DNA of 64,000 nucleotides from NCBI RefSeq assembly GCF_009914755.1, contig NC_060929.1. One strand, given 5' to 3'. Position 1 is the stretch's first letter; the number at the start of each line of letters is the position of its first letter. The position numbers and the translations under genes are program-made. The notes beneath the pieces are model-generated. The model was not told where the DNA came from and made no database searches. It was given only the letters and a program-made list of their open reading frames with translations. This document shows, in pieces, positions 38,031 through 52,769 of this stretch. This DNA is from the human T2T-CHM13v2.0 reference genome, Homo sapiens.

Positions 38031-38062
38031 CAACCTGCTAAGGCTGCAACCTGCTAAGGCTG
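38031..38062 (+). repeat. Perfect 16-bp tandem duplication
   Basis: 'caacctgctaaggctg' occurs twice. Confidence 0.9.
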
Positions 38063-40789
38063 GATGTCTGGCAACAGTGGCCTCTATCCACACAGTGCTC
38101 AGGATGCAAGTTGCTTTTTAGGGACACCTTTGCTGCTCCCTTTACCTTTAAGGCTGAGTGTTACATTTCCAGAAAGAGGTATACCCTCTTCTTCCATATT
38201 AAAGCTAATTTTAACTAAGTGACAAACATCACTAGCATAAACATAAAACTGAATAAATGCAGCAAAGATTATTATGGTCTCTGTTTGAAGAGACAGTGTA
38301 ACTACAACTTAGCAGAACACAATTTATTGTGACTTGGGGAAAGGCAGAGTATGGTTTTTGCTTGGGCCCCACCTGGGCAGGGCTGACTCCCAGCTCCTCT
38401 GGTTATGTTCTGCTTCCCAATATCATCAACTACTGAGAATCCCAACTATGTAAAACATCCCTGGGGAATTCCACTAGGGTCTAGGCTTTTCCATGACAGG
38501 CAGGTTCTTAGAAACAAGTCAAAACTATGGTTTTTGAGGGGCTTCCCCTCCAAGCCAAATGTTTTCATCTAAATACCAGCACTAACTGGTGATTCAGTAT
38601 CTGATGAATAATGCTTATGTTTTTATGCTCAACTTGTAATGGACTATAATTGTCTACAGACAACCACTTAGCATATCTTTATCTTTGCAGACTGGCTCTG
38701 TAAATGTCATATCTTTGTGAATACTTGACTCCCCTATCATTTGAGTGTCTGTGCCTATTAAGTTCTGTATATTGAAAAATTCTAGATAATCTAGACCAGT
38801 TAAAGCCCCCACTGAAACACTGTGTGGAGCCAGACCTCATTTCCTTATTTTCCTTCTAGAACAAACAAATGAAGCAGGTGCAATGATGTCCGTTCCCCTT
38901 CTTTCATCCCACCCTGAGTCAATGGCAGCAGCAAACCCAAAGTTACTGCACCTTCATTCCTGTGATACCGATTTTAATCTCACTACATTTAATTTCACTA
39001 CATTTCTGAGACAAAGTAACATACATACTAGCAAAAGCTGCAGACTACAAGTTAGCAGCCTGTAGTTTAAGCTTCAATTCTGACAGTAACTGTCTGGCTC
39101 TAGTGAAACCATTTAGTCATTTGTTTCACATTTTCTCATCTGTAAAATGTAATGTGGGTCAACTCTGAATTTCTCTGAGAGTTCTAAAAGTCTACGATTC
39201 ACCAACCACAACTTGACAACCAGTAATATCCACCATGATGCATGAGACTCAAGCTAATAAACCAATTAGTTAAGCAATCCCCATGGCAAAATCAGATCCA
39301 GTTTTGGATCACTTTTTTAAAATAATTCCAAGAAACCCCAGTCTCCTAGGGAAGACTAGGATGTAATAGATTCTGAAGGTCATAGAGATTAAAGCAAATT
39401 ATATTGTGGTACTATCTGCAATATCTGGTGGGTTTTTATAACCTACCTAGCCACTAGCACAGTGGCTTTTAGAAGACACAGTAAGTAGTTACTTGTTATT
39501 TGACTGAGGAACAGATAAAAAGATGATGACTCTATCATCTATTAGTATTCAGGAAACTATGAAATGAATATACAGTGCATCCAGTGATTTGTGCAATGTG
39601 TCAGCCATCTGGGCTTTATTTTCACTGTACGCCACCGTTATTTATTAAAGAGTAGAAATGATTAACACAGAGACATCTGGCCCTGCTTATATACCCACAC
39701 TGCAAGTTTTTAAAAAAAGATATACCCAGGAAATTAACATTCATATTTGGATACAAAAGTCTGGATTGAATTTTGTTTTTTAGATTTATGTCTCTACCAG
39801 TAAGGTTTTACAAAATAAACTCTCTTCTCAAGAATGATGCTTTGAAGAAAGGCTACTACCAAACTTAGCAGTTACATATTTTTAGGTTTATTATATAAAT
39901 ATAAATATATATAAACATATACAAATGTAAAATAAGTTATACACAATCTTACTGCAGAATAGTTTTTCTAGAAGAAATGCCCTGATTGGAACCAAGAAGG
40001 TAAAATCTCTAAATGCTTTCATTTTGCATAAGATTAGAGCCTACACTGTCAGAAAATGATTAACACTCAGACATTCTCACTACTGTCAAAATACTGCACA
40101 AAGAGAGAGAATGCAGGATTGCCTGGGGCATTCCCAGCTCCCTGACGTCAATTCAGATCAAATTCAGATAACTTACTATGCCAGCTGCTTGATTTTTCCG
40201 TTTTGTGAAAATCCTATTCTCTTTAAAATGAGTTTGCTATCTAAATACCGTCAAAGCTACTTTGAAATATTGGGAAAAGGGTTTAAGCTTTTTTTTAATG
40301 CTTTTCACCTCCCTCCTCATGACAACAAGCTTGTAGAGAATGATCAACTCCTTCTGATTCCTTCAATTATTATCACTATCATGATATAAAATATTTTTTC
40401 TGGACTCTATAGTTTGATGTAGAGTGAAAGACAATCTGCACTCTGTTAAAATTTATCTTGTATAGGTTCATGGATATGGTTTGGTTAGAGACTTTGTAAT
40501 AGATGTGGCACCTCTGGGCTTCTGAAAAGAATGTCATCTAGGAAACCACATTATTTGATTCCTTGGCTCCACCCTCCCAACTCCTGTCCTCACCATCCTG
40601 TTGTCTTTTCTCTGTGGCACTATCTAATGCCACAATAGACTTCCCATGGTTGCTCTCCAGAAATAGAAGAAGCTTTTGGATATTTGAAATACATACCATC
40701 TTAACTACTCCTGCTCTAACAGCAACAAACTTTTCATCTTAGTTGCAATTGATGTTTTTCTGTGCCTTCTTGTATGAATTCTTTACAGG

Positions 40790-41040
40790 TTAATAATAAC
40801 ATACAACACTTATAAAATACTTCCCATGTGCCCTATTGCATGCTTTATACATGTTTTATTTCAGTTAACTATCACAATACATTTATTAAATAGACATTAT
40901 TATTATCCCCATTTTACAGGTGAAGAAATGTAGACCCATAGCTGTTAAATGACTCGCCAATGTCATACAACATGCAAGGAGTGGAGCTGAGGTTTAAAGA
41001 TGTACTCAGGTTAATATGTTCTTAACCACCAGTATACATT
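40790..41040 (-). mobile_element. MIR SINE
   Basis: MIR core 'ttattatccccattttacaggtgaagaaa...gttaaatgactcgccaatgtcatac'. Confidence 0.75.
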
Positions 41041-43306
41041 ACTTCCCTTTCTGAGCATACAAAGTACATAGGAGACATGGCCTATGGAGCGTTAATGCAT
41101 TAAATATACAATGCCCTGTTAAAGTGACTGAAAAATACTAGGTTTTTGTTAAGCATTTATTGTAGGTCAATACTTGACATGCTTGTATTATTGTGGGAAG
41201 TAAAATGAAAATCATAAAATGTTTTCTCCCTGCATCAAGAACTTAACTTTAAGAATACAATTTTATTTTGCAAAAATAGTTAATAGGCCTTCTTGTTTTA
41301 GTTTCCAGCCTAAGAGTTGCCTATCAGGAATGCATAGAAGTAGAAGATAATAGGAATCATATGTCCATCATTTAAATATGTAAGATCATCTTTTTAACAC
41401 CTGTGATCTAAACTGAAACAAGCAAACAAAATCCTAGTCAGTATGGAGATGGGGGAGAAACAAATTTCTAGATTGAAAACAGAAGGCAAAGGAGCGTCTA
41501 AGAAGAGATGTAACAATGATGCTTTTTCAGGATAAGAAATGCTTCATGAGAAGGTATTTCAAGCATCCTGGGAAAGGTGAGCGAAACTTCTACTGGGAGT
41601 GAAAGGCAGGGGAGGAATTTCAAGTTGATAGGACATTAACTGCAGAGAAATAGAAATAGCTAAAGAAATAAGCATTTGAGGTTTTTTTCGTGTTCAGTTA
41701 AGAGGAAATAAGTAGGTAAAACTTGAAAATACTGACTGAAAGCCAAGAACCAGACTCACAGCACAAGGGACTTGCTGAGTGACCTTGGACAAGCTACTTA
41801 AATTCAGCTTCCTCATGGGTCAGACGATGCTATCAGCCCTATCATTTTCCTAGTTAGTTATTAGTCTATTTGATTAAATGCACAGTGGTTCCAGAAAGCA
41901 TTTAAGGCAGTTTATAAAAATACATAAACTAAGATAGCACTAATAAAAAGTAATCAGGAAGGAGAGCAACACAAAAAACATGCCGGAAAGGAGGCTAAAA
42001 CAAAAAGGCACATCATGAAGACTTAGTCCCTGGCTATGAATTTGACTCTGAGTTTCAAAGCAACCTCTGAATTAGTGAAATCTGGTGAGTTACAGACGTT
42101 AGGAGGAGAAATAGCTCCCTTCTAGCACTGAAAGCATCCAGTGAGATCCCGCATGTAACAAATGCTTATTTCCTTCTCATTCCTCTTTTCCATGAAATGG
42201 CAGGAAGTGCCAGATCCCTTTAGAGAGCTACCACAAGTGACTGTCTGCCATAGTATTTCTTCCCTGCCTTCCCCTCTGCACATCAGACACACAGTGTGTA
42301 CACAGAGACACAGAGACACCACACTCACACCCCACACTGCAGGGAGCATTCCAGAGCTGACTACTAAGGCTTGGGGTCTAGGTGCTCCCTAGTTCCCTCA
42401 GTTTTCACCCCGGTCACTATTTACCCGTGGAGACAGACATCCCAGATAAATCTTCTGACATCATCAAGAGCCAAAAAAAAAAAAAAAATGTGTAACTGTT
42501 GAAGCAATGTAAAATATAATGAATTTTAAAGTGTTGCCATTTCTAAGGCCTGTAGGCCACTCAGGCTGTAGCTTCGTTTCCTTTTTTATCTCACATTTTC
42601 ATGCTTTACCAGTGCCAAACAATTTGAGCTATTCAGCTGAAGCAAGCCGAGAAAGAAATAGAGGAGAGATGTGCATCTTGTAAGATTTGGAATACAGCTA
42701 TTTAATCTATCAGAAATTAGTTTGGAGTAGATAAGCTGTTTAAATACGCATTTGAAATACCATTAATAGGGACACTTCTCTTTTTCTCTTTGCTCTGTAT
42801 TGTGGTTCTTTTAATAAAATTGGCAATGGTGATATCAGTGTGTGCATAGCTGTGCACACTGTGCTTAGCAAACAGTTACTTAAAGCCAGGATATTCATTT
42901 TTATGAAAAAGAACTAGATATATATTCAATAGAACAATAAACCTTTCAAAAAATATAACCACTAGAGATAATCTTCTTTTTTTTTTTTTTTGAGGGGGGG
43001 ATCTTCAGAGAGCTTTCCAAGTACAGTTGGAATATTTCACAATTTCAGGAGACTTGTATGCATCTAAATACAAAAATTGAATGTATTTTCATGGTAAAAT
43101 ATTGTTGGATGTATTAGGATTGGCGGTTTAGCTGGTAAGTAAAATTTTAGGGAGAGTGGGAGCAAGGCAGACGCATAAAACATCTGTGCTTTCCAACTGA
43201 GATGAGTCAAATAAGGAGAAAAATGACAAAGTTCTGTGGTAAATGAGCTTTGAAGTGTTCTCCAGTTCAAGCCAATTTTTAAATTTTAATATTAATAAGG
43301 ATTGTT

Positions 43307-43667
<361 letters not shown>

Positions 43668-46229
43668 TTACAAAAGCACAAGCATCTAGAAGACAGTAAT
43701 TAGTTTCTTTCTTGATATATCAGAATTATTCCCTAATTAAATGAGATTTAAGGTGATAAATGGAATTACTTTGTCTTTTAGACCTCCATATTTCTCTGGA
43801 GAATTACCTTACAAGGTTTAAAATATGTATATTAAGGAAGCCCACTTGGAAAATACAGAATTGTTTGGCTATTTAAATGAAAGCAGATACATGGTGTTTC
43901 AGTATTCTTATTGTCTTTATGGCTTCAATGCTCTCAACATTTGAATTAATAAGATTTGGGGTGCCTTAGCTGCATGGAAGAATCCTTATTTGTTTCCTTG
44001 TGCCCACATTAAAAAGAACTCAAAATGACTCATTAAGGAAAAAAGAAACTTGCAATGAAAGAACTGTTGTGTGGGTGAGTCCCAAGGGAGACTTGACAAT
44101 ATCATGCAATTTTCAGTTTTCTCCCTATTTCTTTATATTTTAATAACCTACCAGTTTTCTATAGAGCACATCTTTCTCCATGCCGTTGTTTTCTTACACA
44201 TATAGTAATGATAATAGTTATCTAAGATTTCAACTTTAAAAAAGCATGTGTTTAATAAGATCTCTGGTATTCCTCTAGAGATAGTAAAATTATAATATCA
44301 GCACTGCCTTAATAACAACATTTTAATTGTTTATTACTTCCAGTATAGTAAAAATATCATTTCGCAAATATTTGCTTAGCTCTTTGGACTCTCTCATATG
44401 GCTACAAAGATGAGATACCCTTACAATTATCTCATTTTACAAACTGATTTTCTTTTTCTTTCTTCTAAAGCAACTGTGGAGTAAGTATCCTCTTAAAATA
44501 AATTTCATATGCTAAGTGATTTTCTAAAAAGTAGGTGGTTGAACTTAAACAAAAATATTTTAAAATATTTAATATATTGGCTGTTTCTCAACCCTACCAC
44601 TGCATGCAAAATAGCTTTTCTTTTCAGGTGACCATAGCAAATAAGTACTAAGTAGCTTCTTTATACTAATTGCTCAGTCAAATGCTTTCATATGCTTTCA
44701 TCAAATGCTTTTATCTCATTTTTTAAGAGTCTTATGAGATAAATATTATGATCTCCACTTTGAAGATGAAGCTGGAGACATAAATAACAGCTATAGAAAA
44801 GAAAGAAAACCAACTAAAAACAGTTTCTGAACTTAAAAATAATCCATGCAGGTAATTCATGTTCATACACATAATGTAAACCACTTAGAAATGTAGTATT
44901 TCTTTATATGTTACATGCCACATTTGTCATCTTTGTGCATCCATTCAGACATCTGCATTTGTGTACTGCAATGACTAATAATAGTAAATTAAAGTAAAAT
45001 AAACTATTATAACCAAATTTATCTTGTTCCTTTGATGTGGTACAGAAAATAATTAAACAGGTAAAGATATAATACATTTTTATGTGCCAGAATCAATTGG
45101 CAACTGACGTGGTACCACGAAAGTAAAAGGCTCATTTCTCCCACTATAGAGAAACTCTAGGCAATGTATCTCTATCCAGATTAAGTCTTCAGGGAGTACA
45201 GAGGAAGTATACATAGTGGAGGGAAAGAACATGAGTTCCACGATCCACGTATAGACGATCAAATCTTAGCCCTACTTACTAGCAGAGTGAGATTGGCCAA
45301 GATTATTTCTCTCTGAACCTACCTTTCCTCAGCTTGAACACATATGGCCTAACATATATTTCAAGCATATCTGCAATATTTATATTTAAAATGATATGAA
45401 GCAAACTTTACCTATAATGACATTAGTTACTCTTGGGAGATGATTATGTATGTGATTTTATATTGCCCTGTGCACTTTTCTCTATGTTTAAAACATCTCA
45501 TTATTCTTTTTAAAAAGAATAAAATGAGTAAGTAAATAACATAAAGTTGATAATAGCTACTTCCAGGGGAGGGTTCAGATAAACTGAAATCAGATACCAT
45601 ATATAAAGCAGATACTGCAAAGTAGGTAACTCTCAATTTTTAGCTCCCTTCTTTCTTGTTTTCTTGGCAATGCACCATTACCTTCTACCTCATCAATTTC
45701 ATTCATGAGATTGAGCAGTGACTTTCCAGTAAAGCAAGTTATCATATTTGATGTCAGTGGTGATTGATACAATGCTAATTAAGTAGCTACATCACAGGAA
45801 AACCACATAACATTGAAAGCATATTTCATTTAAACATTTTGGAAAGCTTTCTCTGTAGTCTCATTGTGAATAGTAACTGATGCCTTGGTTATGCAAAATT
45901 CAAGTATTTTCCTCAGTATTTCTCCAGAAAGATGATATAAAAATTCACCATACTTTCAATGTCACTATTTAACTATATGTATATTCACACAGATTCAAAA
46001 GAATCATGAATACCTTATTTCTTACTTAATCTAACTATCTAATAACAATAAATGTTATAGTTAAATATAATGTATAAGATATAGAAATTGCTCTTTATCG
46101 CTATACTCTTCCTGGTGAGATAGCAGGGATAATGGATAAATTTTAGGTTGCCCAGGCAAGAAGCAGATAGGAGAAATAAGAAAAAGCTGTAGCTTTATTT
46201 ACTAAAGTTAGGATGTTTTGCTCAAATAT

Positions 46230-46442
46230 GCAACCCAGATACCCATTCAGGATTGAGGCATTCATTCCCCCAGCAGCTGGGAGTCTTCTCAGCTAAGTCT
46301 CTCTCCTGGAATTGCCTTTATCCAAAGAGAGCGAAATCTACTGCACACAGGTGTTGATCTTAAGAGAACCCCACCCCCAAACAAATTTCTTGGGCCTAAA
46401 TCTCTGCCTCCAAGTCTGTTTTCTAGAGAATCTGGCTTACGG
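46230..46442 (+). mobile_element. Ancient ERVL-type LTR fragment
   Basis: 'cattcattcccccagcagctgggagt' and the end 'aaatctctgcctccaagtctgttttctagagaa'. Family uncertain. Confidence 0.45.
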
Positions 46443-47000
46443 CATGTTGCATCACCTCTTTCTTCCTTGAATGCCCATGAAAACCTTGAATACAAGTATC
46501 CATGATCCTGAACATGGTTTGGTTTTCTAAAAAAATTTACTGGGACTATCCCATCTGTACATTCACTGACAATAAATGATGTAGAACATTCACTAGAGAA
46601 TTTATTCAAGATTACCTACTTATATTAATCCAGAAATAATATAAGAAATGCTGTCTGATTAGGGAGAGTGAGGTTGCTCACACTTGGCACCTGACCCAAT
46701 TTCTACAACATTTTACTTGTGCCAGTACAGACCTATGTTGTTCTTTTTGAAGAGTTAAGTGTATATACATAGGAACATTGCTCATTTCTATTTACTCAGA
46801 AAATCTAATTTTCCTCCAATGCACTAAAAACAAACAGGAGGCCCAGTGAGATTAAACCCTCAAATTAGTGTGAGAATACCTGGTTTCTTTTTTACTGCCC
46901 TCAACTGAATTTCTCATCACCTGGAGCTAATTTTCCAGGGTACATGTGCTGTGGAAATAATACCAGGGAAGTTTATTAGTGTAGGGAACTGATAGGTCTA

Positions 47001-47346
47001 TTATATGTTTAGGCTGTGTCCCCACCCAAATCTCATCTTGGATTGTAGCTCCCACAATTCCCATGTGTCCTGGGAGGCAATCGAATTATGGGGTGGGTCT
47101 TTCTCGTGCTGTTCTCATGATAGTGAATAAGTCTCACAAGATCTGATGGTTTTATAAAGAGGAGTTCCCCTGCACAAGCTCTCTCTTTTTGCCTGCCACC
47201 ATCCATATAAGACGCGACTTGCTCCTCCTTGCCTTTTGCCATGATTGTGAGGTCTCCCCAGCCATGTGGAACTGAGTCCCTTAAACCTCTTTTTCTTCCT
47301 AGTGTCAAGGGTGTCTTTATCAGCAGTGTGAAAATGGACTAATATG
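47001..47346 (+). mobile_element. THE1 (A/B-type) solo LTR
   Basis: Homologous to the LTRs at 8528 and 10463. Near-perfect 5-bp TSD GTCTA/ATCTA. Confidence 0.93.
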
Positions 47347-50027
47347 ATCTATATGGTCAATTCAGTGAGAGGTGTCCATTGGCTAAAATTGTTTATATAC
47401 TTTTAAAGGCTTAAAAAAATTAATTGTCAGATTGGTACCAAACTCTGAGTTTTTTTATTGCAATATTTTAGGCATTTTGGCAAAATATACACTGGGGACC
47501 CAGAAAAAAGACTATTCTAAAAAGAATGAAAACCTCTTATTTTGCAGGTGGCCAAAATCCTTTGTTAAGATTCAAAAATCCGTGTACTAAAGCAGTTCAT
47601 AACACATCTCTGCAGAAACATGATCAGATACAGCTTCTCAATGTATATACGTAAATGCCTTGCAATAAGGCAAAATGGTTAAGAATGTCATTTTAAAAAA
47701 GCATGTTCTAAACACTGGAATCGAGTTTACTATTTGGTAAACAGTTCAATATACTGTAATAAACTAGCTCACAATGAACCAACAAATTAATGTAAAGTTG
47801 TTAAAGCACAGTAAGTTCTCATTTTTCCCATCTACTCTGTTTCTCAAGTTAAACTGCCTATTAAATAACCAGAATCTCATCCAGTTATATTCATAAATAC
47901 AAGTTAAATACATTTTTCTCTAACAACCAGCAACTCAGTTTTAGAGACCAAATGATAGGTGTCCTGGTGATTTAAATACATAATTACAATGTTTTAATGT
48001 ATAGGTAAATTACTAAGATCAGAAACTGAATGAATAACGAGAGAGATGTGGCAGGATATTTTAAGATCCATCATAATAGGTAGGAAGAGTGATTCTATTT
48101 ATTTGTGAAAATGCATTACTGTTTAAGTTCGATTCATGAAGCTATACAAACCCCAAATGTCACAGCATTATGGGAAAAGGTGGAACATACGTCTGAGCAT
48201 AAAACAGTGATCTAATCACATCTGACCACATTACGAAATAGTTTTTTTCCAAGTTATAATAAGGATTGCTTCAAAAAATAAATGGCTTACTATAAATGCA
48301 TGATAATAAGATAAAAACAAAATGAGCTTTGGAAACTTGGCTTTGACCCTAGTAACCCCAATTAAAATTAGAGAAATACTTCCTTTGACAGTTTATGCTG
48401 TGATATCAAAAATACAATGCAACTCAGGGAGACAGAATGTAATGCTTTGGGTGTTGCTACCTGGTGAGTTCAGACCACTGGCAGGAAGGAAAATGTCATC
48501 TAAGCTGCTGAAATTGTTTGTACTCCACTTGTGAATTTGCAATGTGTCAGATATGTAATAAAGGCACTTTCTAGAAGTCGTATAGCCATTAAACTTCCTA
48601 GGCATTGCCATGTTAGTATAATGATGGATTGCAGGTCTCAAAAATAAATACTAGCAAGACTAGAATTAGGATACAAATTCAGCTCCTGAACATCTGTTAG
48701 GGAAAGTCAGTGTCCTAATTTGACATGAAAATTAGATCTGTCAACCTAAGCAAACAAAACAAAACAAAACAAACAAACAAACAAAAAACACCTAGAAATT
48801 TATTTTCTGGTCTACATCAGTTCTCACAAAAGTGAGACATCAGGAGAAAGTTGAACTGTTAGTCATAACTTTCATTTATTTTATATGCCCAAACTTTTGC
48901 AAAAATTTTCCTTGTGATTTTAATTAATTATTGCAAAGAAATGTTACTAAGGTTGCACAGTCTTTTAAACTACTATTAACTATCCCTAATCTTTCTCTTT
49001 CAAAAAACCAAGAAAATTCTAAATGTCTAGCAATAGACCTGAGGCACTTGCATTAAGACTTTGAAACAATCCCACCAGCAACGTACCTTCCCCGTAAACA
49101 TGCCCCTCAAAATAATACTCAGTGATTGGTGCGGACTACAAGCTGAGCCCAAACCTTATTCCTCACTTGGAGTGTTGGAATAAATGGATGTGTTCTATAC
49201 ATTTCTAAGAAAAAAAGCAAGAAAAGAAAAAGCTAGTTTTTAACACAGGCTCCTGTATTCAAATCCCCTTCAAGTTACCCCCTACAATTCCCACCTAAGG
49301 CTGTTATTTTCATCAATATGCTCTTTCTACCTTATCCAGCCCAGTTTGGCCTTGACTTCCCCACCAGTTTCCTCCCTAGGAATCTTCCTTGAGTCTTGTC
49401 CTGCCTTTATGATATTGTAAGCAAACTCACAAATATCCTTGATCACTTCTGGATATAACTTGCTCAGCTCCTTGACCACACTGAAGTCGGGCTTTCTCCT
49501 GATGGCACACTCTTCCAAAATGTTTACTATCAGAAGTAGTCTCCCCACTTGCATGCTTCTCTTAGTCCATTAGCTCACGTCTGCTCTTCAACAAGGTTTT
49601 TTCTTTGCAAGTCCATCATATCTACTTACTCCATTCTCTTTGTGTCTCTCATTTATTACCCCCTGGCCCTGTTTCTAAGTTTCTTAGTGAAATTATCATC
49701 AAATTTCAACAAGCCTCATCATCAATCCTCAATCTCCATGTCTCCATTCCATTTTCATCCTTCATAAATAGAGACATGAAAGGGATCAAGATGGCTGAGC
49801 AGAAGCAGGTAGTGTGTGGCTCCCCAACAGAGAAACGCCAGAATAGTAAGTGGACACCTTCTGAGCAGATAGTCTAGGAGAGAATGCTTGGATGCGATAG
49901 AGAAGAGACATAAAGCATTAGAAGACTGCAGGGGCAGGAGAGTTCCCGAAGCCAGGTTTCTTCTGGGTGGCAAGACATGCAGCTAGGGGCAGCTTTGAGA
50001 CCTGGAACCAGTCTGCGTGTGTTGCTA

Positions 50028-50799
50028 CGAAATGAGAAAGGTTCCCTTGTCCCCCTTGCGAGGTGTGCAACTGGAGAAGTGGCTCGCTTCTTCAGTGCCC
50101 TGCTGCTCGTACCTCTAGGGGAGCATGCAGGTTGTGGGGGTCGATCCCACGGCAGCATCTAGGGGTGGATGTTTACAGCTCCCAAAGCCCCAGTGGGCAT
50201 GTGCTACCATGGGCTCTTTCAGTTTTGCCGTCTATAGGCAGCTTGTGTTAACCAGCTCAATTAGACCCTCCACCTTACCACAAGGACGAGGGCTTTCTGT
50301 ATCCCGGGTTCTTGCCTTGGCGTGAGGGAAGAATTGAATCACACCTGGGCTTGGAGAATGAGTACAAGGTTTTACTGAGTGGAAGTAGCTATCAGCAGAT
50401 GGGGGAGCCAGAAGGGAGATGGTTTCCCCCTGGAGTCCAGCCGCTCAGCAGCCCGGGCTCTCCTATGACTGCCACGACCAAACTCCGCGTCATTCCTCTG
50501 CTGGACGGCCTGCCAGGTGGCAGCATCTGTTGGTGTGCTCTTCCACCAGCGTGCTCCCCTCGATGTCCTCTCCACTTTCAGCTGCTTGTGTCTCTACCCG
50601 CTAGGGTCTTGGGGTTTTTATAGGCACAGGATGGTAGGGGGCATGGTAGGCTAGGTTGGTCTTGGGAAATGCAACATTTGGGCCCAAAGGCTGGAGTGCC
50701 TGTCCTCACCTAGGTCCGTGGGCACAGGCCTGGGGGTGGAGCCCTCGCCAGGGACTCACCCTTCTTTACCCAGCACTTCCCAGCATCCCTTACATATCA
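50028..50799 (-). mobile_element. ERV1-class solo LTR (LTR1-family-like) inserted in the L1 5' UTR
   Basis: Minus strand starts 'tgatatgtaaggg...gggctccacccccaggcctgtgcccacggacctaggtgaggacaggca' and has a TATA-like 'cctataaaaacccc'. GC-rich, 772 bp, with a near 4-bp TSD GCTA/ACTA. Confidence 0.75.
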
Positions 50800-52593
50800 A
50801 CTACTGGGTTCCCCAGTCGGCTTCCTTGTTCAGTTGGGGGACAGTAACCCACCAGCTCTGAAAAGTGGTAAGGGAAGGGACCCACTCCCCTAGAAATCTA
50901 GCCCTCGGTTCAGTCGGCCCCTAAGGGAGGGGGATGTAGCCGGCTAAAGCCCCTCTTGGGTCAAAGGTTGGGTCAAAGGAAACAGGAGCACTGCGCTAGC
51001 CACTGAAGGGGGCGCCACCAAAGCCAGGGAATGGTTGTCGAGAAGGGGTCATCGCTCACCTCTCTCATCCCTCTTCAGTGTACTGTTGCGGACTCGAAGG
51101 TGGCTCTCCCCAGCGGAACCGAGAGAGTGTGGGCTGAAAGAGACCACTTTTGGGGCTTCTCCAGCAATTCCACTCCCACTGAAGGCAAACGCGCTGAAGG
51201 AGGGCACTTTGCAGACTTTTCCATTGCTTCTGCCCTTGCCCCTACCTTCTGGCGCTCACTCTTAAGTGCCACCTACTGGGCTGCAGCCTGAATTACACTA
51301 CAAAACAAAATTACATCACTACAAGAAGCAACGTCTCAGCCACCGCACAAACTTATCTGCAACCAAGGAACCCATACAGAGCCTTGGCGCCCTGAAAGCA
51401 CTCAGAAATGAAGCTGATCCACCCATACACATTTTACACCACAGTCATACCCACAAGGGAAAAAAGAATTTAAAATCAACAAGCTCCATCCAAACAATAG
51501 CAAATTCAAAAAAGAAAAGAAAAAAGCATCAGCTCTCTCAGATGAGAAGGAACCAGCACAAGAACTCTGGCAATACAAAATGTCAGAGTGTTTTACCACC
51601 TCCAGAGAATCTCACTAGCTCCCAAGCAATGAACCCTAACCAGAATGAAATGTCTGAAATGACAGATATAGAATTCAGAATCTAGATGGCAAAGAAACTC
51701 AATGAGATCCAAGAGAAAGTTGAAATCCAACACAAAGAAGCCAGAAAAATGATCCAAGATTTGAAAGACAACATAGCTATATTAAGAAAGAACCAAACAC
51801 AACTTCTGGAATTGAAAAATTAACTATGGGAATTTCAAAATACAGTTGGAAGCCTTAACAACAGACTATACCAAGCAGAAGAATGAATTTCAGGGCTCGA
51901 AGACTAGCTTTCTGAATCAACCCAGGCAGGCAAAAATAAAGAAAAAAATAATTTTAAACAATTAATAAAACCTTCAATAAATATGGGGTTATGTAAAGTG
52001 ACATTGGCATTTCTGAGATAAGAGAAACTAAGCAACTTGGAACACATATTTGAGGATATAATTCAGGGAAATTTCCTCAATCTTGCCAGAGAAGTCAACA
52101 TGCACATACAAGAAATCCAGAGAATTCCTGGAAGAATACTATATAATATGACCATCTTCAAGGCACACAATCATCAGACTATCCAAGGTCAATGTGAAAG
52201 AAAAAAACTTAACGGCAGCTAGAGAAAACAGTCATATCATCTATAAAGGGAAACCCATCAGACTAACAGCAGGCTTCTCAGCAGAAACCATACAAGCCAG
52301 AAGAGATTGGGGGACTATTTTTAGCATTTTTAAAGAAAAAAAATGCCAACCAATAATTTCATATCCCACCAACTATACTTCATAAATGAAAGAGAAATAA
52401 ATTCTTTCTCAGATAAGCAATTGCTAAAAGAATCCATCACCACCACACTAGACCTACAAGAGATACTTAAGAGAGTTCTAAACATGAAAACAAAAGGAAA
52501 GGATGATCCTTGTTACCATGAAAGCACATGCAAGCAGATAGCCCACAGGCCCTAAGCAGTGACTGAATCAATACTACAAAGCAACCAGATAAT

Positions 52594-52769
52594 AACACTA
52601 TGGCAAGAATAAAACCTCACATATCAATATTAACTTTTGCATAGTCAAAATTAATATTGATATGTGAGGTTTTATTCTTGCCATAGTGTTTTAACATAAA
52701 ATATTAACTTTGGCCATGCAAAGTTAATATTGATATGTAAGGTTTTATTCCTGTCATAGTGTTTTAACA
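52594..52769. repeat. Fold-back palindrome (perfect 40-bp arms) plus a second inverted copy at the L1 ORF2 start
   Basis: 52594-52633 is the exact reverse complement of 52651-52690. A third copy at 52725-52764 carries 3 substitutions. Confidence 0.95.

Noticed and set aside
44610-44633. + strand ttttcttttcAG|GTGACC as a second recursive site
   Set aside because: Weak regenerated donor, short pyrimidine tract, and opposite to the inferred host strand.
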